From assembly GCA_963514005.1 (NCBI GenBank), contig OY740811.1, positions 5,890,001 through 5,954,000 of the forward strand: a stretch of DNA of 64,000 nt, read 5' to 3'. The notes under the pieces were generated by a model. The model was not told the origin of the DNA, did not search any database, and saw only the letters and a list, made by a program, of their open reading frames with translations. Of this stretch, positions 11,999 to 23,489 are shown one piece after another. Each line of letters begins with the position of its first letter. Position 1 is the first letter of the stretch. Position numbers and translations under genes: made by a program. This stretch comes from Raja brachyura. Lineage: Eukaryota.

Positions 11999-12617
11999 TG
12001 AGAAACAGTGCCATGCATCTGATGTTCTTTGCCATCGTGTGACTTGAATGACATCAGGTCACATTATTCCCTGTGCGGTGCAGAGCAGCGAGAGAAAGGA
12101 GGAATAAGTACATTTATCCAAGGTTCCTCTGTGCTTTCGCTTTTCCTCTGTAAAGTTTACTGTGTGAGCTTTATGAACTTTAAGACATCATATCATCAAT
12201 TTTCTTGCTCTTCTCACCTCGGCGAGCTCTTCCCCCAAGCTGCTTCACAGTTCTTGATTCCCAGAGACAGCAATTCAATAAACTGATAGCCCCAGTCAAG
12301 GCTCATCTACTGATAACTTACTGGTAACTGACAGGCAAGCATTATTAATCTTTCAATCAATATGGGTGGTATAAAACAGGAAATAGCTAAACACAGATCA
12401 ACAGTTCTGAATCAGTGAACTCCAGCTTATCCAATGATTTAGATGTCCATTCACAAGGTTTAATGTCTCACTGTTTACTTGGCTCATTCTATATTCATTG
12501 TTCAAAGCGACGAGAGAAAGAATCAAACCAGAATATTGTCTGCAGTTCTGGTCATCTCATTACAGGAAGAATGTGGAGGCTTTGGGGAGGGTGCAGAGGA
12601 GGCTCACCAGAATGATG

Positions 12618-13018
12618 TAGGAAAGAACTGCAGATGCAGATACAGAAGTGGTGGAGGCAGGATCGATTTTAACATTTAAAAGTAAAGTGGATAGGTATAT
12701 GGACGGGAAGGGAATGGAGGGGTATGGTCTGAGTGCAGGTAGATGGGATTAGGGGAAAATAAATGGTCGGCACGGACTGGAAGGGCCGAGAAGGCCTGTT
12801 TCCGTGCTAAAAAAAAAAAAAAAAAATCAAAATTGCTGGTTTAACCGTAGATAGACACAAAACACTGGAGTAACTCAGCGGATCAGGCAGCATCTCTGGA
12901 GAGAAGGAATGGATGACTTTTCGGGTCATGACCCTTCTTCCAAAACATCACCCATTCCTTCTCTCCAGTGATGCTGCCTGTCCTGTTGAGTTTCTCCAGC
13001 ATCTTGTGTTGATCTTTG
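12618..13018. mobile_element. Fold-back PLE-derived element inserted in CR1
   Basis: TSD CCAGAATGATG (12607-12617) / CCAGAATGGTG (13019-13029); inverted arms about 12860-12915 and 12950-13010. Confidence 0.75.
12646..12826 (+). mobile_element. Young CR1 3' end terminating in A18
   Basis: 12646-12808 matches 4626-4788 with 2 mismatches, followed by 18 A instead of the microsatellite tail. Confidence 0.9.
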
Positions 13019-13909
13019 CCAGAATGGTGTCTGCATAAGAGGGTATTAGCTACAGGGAGATGATGGACAGACTTGGATTATTTTCTCAGGAACAGTAAAA
13101 GTTGTGGGGAGACCTGATAGAAGTATATACAATTATGAGAGGCACAGTTAGGGTAGATTGTCAGAACATTTTTTCCCAGATGAAAAAATCAAATACTAGA
13201 AGGTATAGCTTTAAGATGAGAGGGGCAAACTTTAAAGGAGATGTAAAAAGTCAAAAAGTCAAAAGAGTTTATTGTCATGTGTCCCTGACAGTAGGCATTG
13301 ACTACAAAACAGATCAGTGTGTCCATATACTATATATACATAAATACACACACATGTGTGGACAAGTTTCTTTACACAGAAGGTTGTGAATGCCTAAAAC
13401 GAGCCACCGGGAGTGATGGTTGATGCAGGTACGACTGTGGCATTTAAGAGACCTTTGGATTGGCATACACATATGCAGGGATGGGGGGATATGGATTATG
13501 TGCAGGCAGACAAGAGTTGGGCTTGGCATCATGTTCAGCACAGACGTTTTTGTGCCCTGCACTCTTCTATGATCTATGTTCAGACAAGCCTTGCCTGGAA
13601 AGGATCAGATGACTGAACCACACAGAAAAGGTTTCTTGTTCAAAGGAATTCCAGTGATTAGGGTCTGAAGACACAAATAGGATGGATTCAATCTGATTAA
13701 TTCTCAGTTAATTGGATTGCTCCAAATTTTTCATGGACTCGATCAAGAAAAAGCAGAATTTTTACTTTTGCTTGAAATTACCCTTAAACTCAAAAAAATG
13801 CCACTTTCCATTCCTGTCACCATATAATTTAATGATTCTCGTATACAGTTATATACATGCGGGCATCTTGATTTTCCAGTAAGTGGCTAGTATCTGAGGA
13901 AAGAGTCAC

Positions 13910-14710
13910 CCAGCACAGAAACATGCCTGTTGGCCCTACTCATCATTGCCGACCAAGATGACCTGTCTTAGCTATTCCCATTTGGTGGCAATTAGCCCGC
14001 TTAAGGGCCTGTCCTACCAGCATCCGACTCTGTGCGATGAGCGCGATCAAACTAGAAGCGGGGGCCGCGCGGAGGTCGGGTGATCCCCTGTACAGGGCTA
14101 TTCCCACCAGCATGCGCCTGCATGCGGCAAGCGCGACCAAACCGGCAGCGAGGGCCGTGCGGAGGTCGGGTGAGTGGCGCAACGCAGCGCAAAGTGAGGA
14201 GAACTTGGAGCAAAGTCTTAAGGTAAGTTCGCCAGGACAGAGAGGGGCACACAGAGAGGGGCACAGAGGCACACACACAGAGGGCCACAGAGCCACACAC
14301 ATAGAGGGTCACGGAGGCACCTACAGAGAGGGTCACGGAGGCACGATGTCGAGACGGTGTGTAATGCGTTGAGGCTACTGCGAGCTGACAAGCCGTTGCT
14401 GCGCGGAATTTTTGAACATAGTCAGTTTTTCGGAGCCCCGCGCGATGTCGGGATGAACTCCGCACAATTCCGCACGGCTCCAGCGATTGAAGTGGGACCG
14501 GCCCTGCGACGCCGGACGGCTCAAGCGACCACTTTAGGTCGCGTTCATCACATGGAGTTGCATGCTGGTGGGACAGGCCCTTAAGGATCTAAACCTTCCT
14601 TATCTAAGTGCCTTTTAAGTGTTGTTATTGTACCTGCCTCAACTACTGTGATTCCCCTGGCAGCTCATGCCATATCCTTACACCATCTGAGTGAAAAGGT
14701 TATCCTATAC
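13910..14710 (-). mobile_element. Old CR1 3' fragment interrupted by MITE copy 2
   Basis: CAGCACAGAAACATGCC...CCCATTT...TTAGCCC [MITE] TCTAAACCTTCC...GTACCTGCCTCAACTAC forms a continuous CR1 3' end. Confidence 0.65.
14004..14581. mobile_element. CpG-rich MITE, copy 2
   Basis: TTA-AGGGCCTGTCCTACCAGCAT...ATGCTGGTGGGACAGGCCCT-TAA; near-colinear with 61790-62363. Confidence 0.88.
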
Positions 14711-15614
14711 AGAATTTTAAAGAATTGGGTAGGCAAGTCAAGGCTGATATGTTTCTCTGTGTTTCTGAAGGTGGATTTCTAGTAAATAGCTGAAACAAAT
14801 TACCAGTACAGACATGTCATTCTCTTAAATAAAGAATTGGAGAAACTGAGACTAAATTGCAACTTATTATTCAACCTGAAGGTCTGAAAGAAAAGAATCA
14901 ACGAATAGGAGATATATGCTTCCCTTAAACACTTTATAAAATATGTATGTGAGACTACATTTGCTTTTCTAAAGTTGACATTAGCTTCATCACAGTTGCC
15001 AGCCGGAAACATCAGACTAAGGTCTCAAACTGGAAATTTCATGCAACTCTTCAAAGATCTACCAGTTCACAAATCTACCAGTGTTTTACAATCCAGTTGT
15101 CCAAACGTCTTTTCCCTCCCTGTTCACCCTCACTTCTCTTTCTTTAGATCCCAAAGGACGAAACATGAATGTTTCTGTATTGAACCCAAAAAAATGCCAG
15201 AAATATTCATCAGGCCAGGCAGGATCTACAGTGAGAAATGCACACTTATCATTCAGGTCACTTGCTTTTCATGAGAACTGGAAAAATTCCTTGCTTTATC
15301 ACATCTGCTGACGTGCTGAAATATTTTCTGTTTTTACTTCAGATTTGTAGTGTCGATACTTTTTTGCTTTTGAATTACTCTTTCCACATCCCAGTTTAGT
15401 GAACTGATACATCACAGGCACTTCTTGGCTCGGTTCCTCATGCAGTGATTCTTGAAGAAAGATATATTTCTTGTGAACAACAGTGAAGAAAGCATTAATC
15501 TCTTTTGTGGCTTCTTTCGTAGTCCAACGGCCTACAAAAACACTGGCTTGGTCCAAACAACATTGAATGATCCTAAGCGAAGCCCATGTTAGGGTTAAAC
15601 CTAGTCTTTTCAAA

Positions 15615-15942
15615 TTTAGTTTAGTTTAGGCTAGTTTAGAGATACATCGAGGAAACAGACTCTTCAGCCCACTGAGTCCACACCGACCAATGATCCCCAC
15701 ATATTAACACTGTCCTAAACACACTAGGAACCATTTACATTTATACCAAGCCAATTAACCTACAAACCTGTACGTCTTTTGAATGTGGGAGGACACCGAA
15801 GATCTCGGAGAAATCCCATGCGCTCACGGGGAGAAGGTACAAACTCTGTACAGACAGCACCCATGGTCGGGATCGAACCTGGGTCTCCGGTGCTGCAAGC
15901 GCTGTAAGGCAGCAACTCTACCGCTGCGACACTGTGCCGCCC
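15615..15942 (-). mobile_element. Near full-length tRNA-derived SINE (HE1-like) with (CTAAA)n tail
   Basis: Minus strand: GGGCGGCACAGTGTCGCAGCGGTAGAG (A box), GGTTCGATCCC (B box), core, CR1-like 3' end and ACTAAACTAAACTAAA tail. Confidence 0.9.
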
Positions 15943-17329
15943 ATATTATTCATTGATTTCTGCAGATGTGGACTGTACATCAGAGGCCGTTAGAATACAA
16001 TCAGGAACAAAAAGCTTGTCTGGTTTCTTGTCTAGTCTCTTTTGTTTTGAGAAACTTAAAAGTTTTTGTACAGCCCCGAGAATCATCTCAACTGGAATCA
16101 GTAAACTAATCACAAACTGGGACTCAACTCTGAGGTCTTCCTGATCTATTTGGTTCCGTACCATAATGGGCAGTAGTGTTCGAAATAAACCAGTGAGAAT
16201 CTCTCAGTTGCTCGTTAAATCCACAGATTTAAATTTGTTTTATAATAACACAAATCTTCACTTGAGCTGGGTGATTTTGGGAAAGGTATCTGTCTCTTTG
16301 TGTCCTTGTCTGTCAATGAGACAGCACCTGTATCTATTGTGATAACCTTTGAATCAGGTATCATCTGATAACAGGTTCCCCAAATGTACAGGGAACAGTT
16401 CTGAGCTAAATCATGGTGTTGGCAAGGCTGTGAAGGTCGATTGATTAGTCATGGGAACTAGTGGAATAGTTATTTTGTTTTGAGGTGTGGCTGTTTAATC
16501 CTGCCCAACTCTTTCAACACAAAGCTATCAAAGGCAAAGGAAAATCAATATTAGGATCCCTTTCAAAGGAGAACCTGGACCTTGTTCCCTCACTCCAAGG
16601 TGTCCTTCAGTTAAAATTTGCAGATTATCTTTTATTATGTTATATGTCACAGAGGTGTCCTGAAAGTCTGAAGATAGAGTCAGACTTTTATCAGCCTGCC
16701 TCTCAAAGTGCTGTCAGTAAACAATGGTGTCTGATAGAATGCACAGACCAGAAGAAAGCCTCGCTGAGGCTGTGTATCCAAACACTCATAAAAAGACTCT
16801 GTGTTATTTTTTTGTTGCTGCTGCATCATTCTCAATCCTTTCACAAGAAGGCACCAGCTCATGTTTTAGTGCCAGTCTATGAACGTTTACAGTTATAGAG
16901 GTACATTTGGAGAACGGCCTCTGAAAATGTACCCAATAATGCATCCACACCTTCCCTTTCTTCTGTTGCCTCCGATTCTATTCCATCTTTCAGCCTCTGT
17001 TTTTTGCTCCAGAGCTTGGCCTCCATACCTCCACACCTATCAAATCATATTGTTCTGCAATTGTAATTCCTCTTAAGCTACATTTTGTTCATTTTTTTGT
17101 TAACACGGCTAAACTCTCCTATTGTGGTCTGGTTCCTCCGTGTATTTCTATGTCTGAAATTCCATGGAGTTTTGGATCTGCACTAAAAATACTAACACAA
17201 ATAAAAGAGTTTCTGCTGGCTCACAAGAGATCATATGTCTTGAGTGAATATGTCTTGAGTGACCATTGTAAGTCAGCAGAATCTGTTGACTGTATTCATT
17301 GGCTCATTTCCACATATAGTTGGGAGATG

Positions 17330-17500
17330 AGAGTGTTACAGAGAATGTGAGCGTGAGTCACATCCTGGCAGGCTACGGATTTGAATCTATCCATAAATCT
17401 GGGAATAAAAAACAAGCCTTAGTCAAAGAGTCCATGAAGTTGCTGAACTGTTTTTTAAATCCAATTGATTTATTGATGGTCTTCAAGGAAAGAAACCACA
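17330..17500 (+). mobile_element. Old interspersed repeat, related copies at about 11195-11340 (+) and 58120-58320 (-)
   Basis: AATCTGGGAATAAAAAACAAGCCTTAGTC...CCATGAAG...CTTCAAGGAAAGAAA; part of the motif recurs in the other two loci. Confidence 0.45.
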
Positions 17501-17697
17501 GTAATGTTCAAGTGCACTCTGAAATGGACCAGCAAACCACAGAGTGTGGAGAGCTACACATACTGTAGGAGGAACTTCACTTCAACAGTTTAAGAATGCG
17601 GATGACTCGCACCTTCACTGAACCAATTGGGGAGACAGAAACCTTAAATGTTGTCCCTGATAGTGACGCCCACACCCCAGAAAGAATAGAAACATCC

Positions 17698-17836
17698 TTT
17701 CAAGTTCAAGTGAGTTTATTGTCATGTGTCCCTGATCAGACAATGAAATTCTTGCTTTGCTTCAGCACAACAGTAGGCATTGACTACAAGTAGGCATTGA
17801 CTACAAAACAGATCAGTGCGTCCATATACCATTATA
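17698..17836 (-). mobile_element. Rex1/Babar-type 3' UTR fragment; similar pieces at about 18510-18700, 25170-25530 and 56100-56280
   Basis: TTCAAGTTCAAGTGAGTTTATTGTCATGTGTCCCTGAT...GACAATGAAATTCTTGCTTTGCTTCAGCAC is the reverse complement of 34860-34930. Confidence 0.7.
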
Positions 17837-20800
17837 AGGGTGTTAGAAAACAATCAGGAACAAATTATCAATAATGTTGGTGCTTATATGCCCACTTAAG
17901 CAATCTAGCAAAGTGTTTAGTTTTATCAAATTGGTACAAATAATAAAAAGCCCTACCAAGGCCCAGGACAGCTGGTATGGGCAATGACAGTCCATCCCCC
18001 CCCACCCCCACCACCCCTTCCTATTCCACGAATAGAGTCATAGAGTCATACAGCACGGATGCAGGCCCTTTGGCCCAACTCATCCATGCTGACCAAGTTG
18101 CCCTAAGCAAGTCTCTATGAAATTTTAAATTCAGAATCAGAGATTAGGAAGCAGGAGCAGGTACACTGGCTGATTTTATTTCCTCTCTCCTTAACCCTGC
18201 AGCAGGGAGGGAATTTCTTATAACCTTTGTAGTGTTATAACTACAGATTGCAGATACATATCAGGAGTCAAATCTGCAAGCTTTTTGGCCAACTCTTTTG
18301 AGCATGTTCAAATTGTGGATTTAAACATACAAATGGGTGTCGACTGTTTCTATAATTTAGGCGATCAACAAAAAAAACAATCAATGTTGTTGTTTGCGTG
18401 TGTTCTGGATTCCTTAAGGAGTAGGGAAGAAGGGAAGAAGATTGGGCAGAGATAAAGGGTAATGCACCAAGTTCCATTCTACCATCTATTCCTGAGATTA
18501 GTTTAAGACACAAGTCGAGAGAGTCGAAAGCATTTAATTGTCATATGTATTAGCAATGGAACAATGAGATTTTACTTGCTGCAGTTTAATATGCCCATTA
18601 TTAACGTAGATAAATAATATAATGATTCATAATACAATAAATTAATAATCATAATCCTCGGTAACTGTAATAATGCACAAACAAATTCTGTACTGCAGCC
18701 AAGGGTTTGAATACTCTCAGCCATGAAGCTTCCACCGCCTTTTTAGGGAGAGAATTACCAAGGATTACAAACCTTTGGTTCGTCGATCCTGAATATCCAT
18801 CCCTTTACTTGAATAGATGTCTACACCAGGGAAGTATAATCTCCCCACCAACCCTGCTAAGCTCTTTTGTGTGTTTGCATGTTTTTGAATAGGTCTTTGG
18901 TGTAGTCTTTACTTTGCTTTTCTTATCACAGTTCATTTCCTATCACGAAAGAAGCCTTGTTTAGGCACAGAAATGAAAAATCAGATACTTTTGCAGGATT
19001 CCAATTCCCATCTTAAAATACTGAGCTGTCTGATCATTCTTTATCATTACTTAAAGGATAGGCAAATGCATATTTATGTAATTCCTATATCAGAATATAT
19101 CAGTTTCCTGATGGACTCTGACATATCTAATGGAGCTGTTACAGAACAAAAAAAAACTTATTTTACAATAGAGGCCTGGTCTTGTCTTGTTCGCCACCAG
19201 AGGAAGAGGAGGAAGGAGTGATTTATCTGATTTCTGTCCTCGCCTTGATCTAATGATGACCCACCAACTCACTCCAGCTGAGAACAGCACAGTTGTGATT
19301 TATTGGTAATGATCTGAATGCCCAGTTATGTGCGTGGCCAAAATGTTCTAATATGACAATCATACACTAAAATGTTTTTTTCTGAAAGCTTTGATGTGAA
19401 AATCCACATTATAGACAATAGTTGATCAGGTGTCAACAGTTGATTTTCAAGATAAAGGGATTTTCAGAGCATTCCATGTCCCAATGGTGTTTGAATTAAT
19501 GAATGTGAGACCCTCGGACTTTCTGAGTGAGAACTTTGTTTGAATGACCCCTGAAGCTGTCTCAGCAACCAAAATAAACGAACTATTGGAAATGTGCATG
19601 CATGTGCTTTTTATGGAGGGCTAACATACATTTCTTCAAGGTCTGTTGCTGCAAAATTCCAATGCTCAGTGAACCTCAGTATTTTCAAATGCCTTTCCTC
19701 TCTTGCTCTGGTGAATGGAGAGAAAACAGATATCTGGTGGTCCTGGTTATGGGTCATGGGAGGGGTCGAAAATGTAAGGAGAGACAAGAGGTCGGGCTGG
19801 GATACATGTGATAGATAGGGTTCAGACACCATTCAGGAGGGTATCAAGGCCCTGACGATCAGTGCCCATGTGAGTTTTATGATTGGGTTGGATAATGGGA
19901 AATGGGGTGCAAACACAGTGGTTATAGGAGAACAAGTGACAGCACTGCAAGTGATATGTTTTTGACTAAAACACCAGACTGAAACAGATTCCCAATTAGG
20001 ATCTGGTCCTACAATAATACTTAAGACACCAAAGAAGACCATCCTAGTCCACAAAGGCCCGTGTGTCACATGGGCACAGCACAGAGGATTCCAAAATAAA
20101 ATAATGGACTTTGTGACATGATTTAGGTCGCCCATCTGGTCTCAGAAGAGTTTCAATTATATAATGCACTTAAACATTGAACTACGCAATAACCTTTCCA
20201 AGCCCACGCCTTTTTCTGTTTACCCTTAGTCTAGAAATCATTATTAATTAAAAAATGCATTATTATATCCTTTTAGACTTAATCGCCTCTGGTCCAATAA
20301 TAAGAGTAGTAAGTTAAAATGTGTATCTTCAGTTGGATGCAAAAAAGACAAATATTTTGTGGTGCCACTGTTATCTTTGTCACATAGAATGGGCAAGAAG
20401 TATTGGCCTCACCAACACCAGCATCAGCTGACAAAATGAAGAAAACATTTTGGTTTAAAATGTAGTTCCCTTTTCCCATTGAAGTAACTGCAAGTGCAAA
20501 TTAGATATTTCTTTTGACTTACAAAAAAAACTATTTGGCCTTTAAGATATCAGGAAATGTAAGTCAGAATTTCAAATCAGCATACAACCAAATCCATTAA
20601 CCACACAGCTGACAATGAATGCACTGCAGTTTCACCTGAACCTACAGAGCAAATGACAGTCTCATTTAAGCTCTTGAATAATATGTGTGTAATATTATGT
20701 TGTTATAAGATCCACTTAATGGTTTTTAAATAGACGATTTCTAATGCAACACATTTATGTCTGTGAAAAATAGACAGAGAATGGATAAGGCCTGCAGCTA

Positions 20801-23139
20801 TTCATCCAATAGATTGAATTGTCTGTCTTGGTAGAATGGGTCTAAATTAATCCTTGGAGCTTCCTGTTCCCGGAGGCTGTGAGCTTCCATCCCCCTCCAT
20901 GGTTCTAGACAGAACGACACTTTTACATTCAAAGTGTGTTGTTGGCAGCAGATGCCGCCAAGACGCTGCCCTCATTGGCACCAAATTCCACTGCAAAAAA
21001 GCTGAATCATGCCAGCAGCCCCTTTAATCAGGGATTCTGCAGCTTGCAAAAGTAAAATGAATTTTAAATAACAGACAGTTAAAAAAATCTATACATATGA
21101 TATATTGTTTAAAATATTGAAAATCATGAGTAGGTAAGGGCCTTAATAGCCCTAATGAATAGCAACATTCATAGAGATGCCATCCACATATTCGTCATCT
21201 TATATTACAATGGCAATTGTAGAAATAACCCTATAGTTGAGTAGTCTTCACATTGGGATGATTCTGTATGCAGCAACATTTAGTACCCTTGTCATGTTCT
21301 GCACCTTCTTGATTAATGCAGCATCACACAAATAATTGGACTGCAAGAGTTTTCTACCAAATGTGATCAAAGTGTGAACAGAACAATATCACACAACCTT
21401 CAGCCATGTTATATCACTGTTATTGGATAGTCTGGTCATTGTTATTCTACTAGTTGCTTTGTAAACAATTTTTGTATGGGGCCGCACTGTACTGGCATTC
21501 ATTCATTTTTTAAATTTCTCTTTGTGGGTCATTGTTCCACTATCATATTGCTATCATAAATGCTATCATATTGATAAATGATTAGGTCATCAACAGAAAT
21601 GCGAAAACTCCTTAAAACATAGAATGGTGAAAGTGACACAAACTTCATTAAATGAGAACTGGGTCAGGAACTTGCCGTGTACATCTGCAAATTAATAGAT
21701 AACTAATTTGAGAATCCTAGAACCTTGTCCTTCAATTTAGTGCAGGGAGTATATTTTGAACCTGCTGACAATTCAGTAACATTAGTAGGGAATTAAGACC
21801 ATGAAGTAAAACAAAGGATTTTGTTAAGATCCAACAATAGCTTCACCATTCTGGTACTCCATGTCTATCCTATATCGGTTGAAAAGATGCATGGAAGCAA
21901 TGTATGTGCAGAATGCATGACAAACATTGCATATGAACAGCATATTCAGCAAGTGTCTTGCTTGTAACCTGTAATACTTTCAATATTGCACATCGCTAAC
22001 TGCTCCACTTTTACACAGTAACGCATCATTTAACTCATTGGGAACAATGTGACGGGGATCTCCTTCTTTGCACCAAATACATGAATCACACATAAAATAA
22101 AACATTTTCATTTCCCTTATCAGAATGATTCCTGAAATGCAAAATTAGACTTGAGTATATTGGCTACTCCTTATGGAGTAACATCTATTGAAATTCAGAA
22201 TGTTACTACAACAGCAAAATTAACCTTGTTCAATTATTGTTGCAACAAAGCAGTGGCTTCTCCAATTATTGTGAGGAATGTCCAGAATGAAGCTGATTGG
22301 CAACATACTCATTGATGCCCTGACCTGACTACAATGGAGCCTTGCTGACAGACGTTACTCCAATGCCATCACAACAGTCAAACAGCACATTGAAATGAAA
22401 ACATAGTCATAAGACCAGTTCGATCTGAAATCTCAGAGCTGCACCAATACGAACTGGGAAAACTGTGCCTTTGAAAAAATGTTTATATATTAAAATTGAC
22501 TTTAAATATCGAAGACAGAATAAAGAGTACCATATACATTTTTTTAATTATGATTTTTTTTTACAGGAGGATCCTTTTATGTTTATCCAATGAGGTCTTT
22601 TTTCATCAATAAAGTATTTTTTTGATGGATGAATGGGACTGACTGTTCATAAAATACATTTCCTCATCTCCTTTGGCTGTTCTATTTGTCAGTGGACAAA
22701 TTTACCAGTGGACTGAGAAATCAAGTAGAATACATTCTCGGACAGGAAAGAAACAAAGATCATGCTCAACTGAATATTCATTGTAAGCTCTTCCATCTTC
22801 CACACCATGGGCGGATCCATTAATTAAAAACTGGAATCTTATTTTATTTTGGGGGAAAATAAGTGAAGCACTCAAAAAGTGACCTATCAGCCCACTGGTT
22901 TTTTTTCTGCTGTGCAATTCTGGACAAAACTTAGCCAGTTTGAGTTATGAGAGCCAGGAAAATTGAGGACCATGCCTCTTGAGCAATAGAACTTTACTCC
23001 ATACATATAGAAGTGGGCCAGTGGGAAAATGGCTAAAATGCTGCCTGTGGTAAACTCGAGAGTAAAACTCATAAATCTGAATAACATGCTAAGGCCACAT
23101 AAACAGGACCAATAATCAATTAAAAATTGCATGACTCAC

Positions 23140-23489
23140 CTCCCATCCAAAATTTGGATCCTTCAATGTCCCCCTCTGAACTCCGGCGAAAGGACCAAAT
23201 TTCTCTCCCACTTCAAGTTTCTTCTTGGCCCATATCCCTAATCCAGCGCCAGGAATTGAAGACTCCCTTAGCTCAAAGTCAGGTGGGATTGGAATGTCTT
23301 CTGGAATGTAGACAGGGGCTTCATATGGGGACCCTTCTTTTGAGGTGAATTCGTTGCTGGTGGGAAGTGGAGATGGTGGACCCACAGGAATCGGGGACAT
23401 TATACTGTCTTCTGTTTCTTCTCCTCCACTCTCTCCAGCTGGTGGCTCTGGATCTGTCTCATACATATTATCAACCACTTCACTGTCAC
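23140..23489 (-). CDS. PRDM16: PRDM16 coding exon 2 (N-terminal region and start of PR/SET domain); partial gene
   Basis: Peptide [14 protein letters not shown]...[71 protein letters not shown]...FGWE closely matches vertebrate PRDM16 ([54 protein letters not shown]). Acceptor TTAG|GT at 23489/23490, donor GAG|GTGAGT at 23140/23139; 350 bp, phase 1 to 0, as I recall for human exon 2. Confidence 0.95.

Larger units (their letters stand above)
12530..13580 (+). mobile_element. Old CR1 LINE 3' fragment, host of nested insertions
   Basis: CR1 sequence is interrupted after 12617 and resumes at 13019 (ORF MWGDLIEVYTIMRG at 13102); interrupted again by a Rex-type piece at about 13250-13350; TTCTATGATCTATG tail. 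Confidence 0.75.

Noticed and set aside
14238-14345. Repeat array as CRISPR-like
   Set aside because: Eukaryotic context, no unique spacers; a degenerate minisatellite inside a MITE.
15860-15942. tRNA gene
   Set aside because: The A/B boxes belong to a SINE head; no complete cloverleaf, and it continues into SINE core and tail.
1-23139. PRDM16 exon 3 (downstream) and, above 23490, exon 1
   Set aside because: I found no QILTD-like or MRSKARARKL-like coding segment with splice sites by eye; probably outside the window, although a short divergent exon could be missed.
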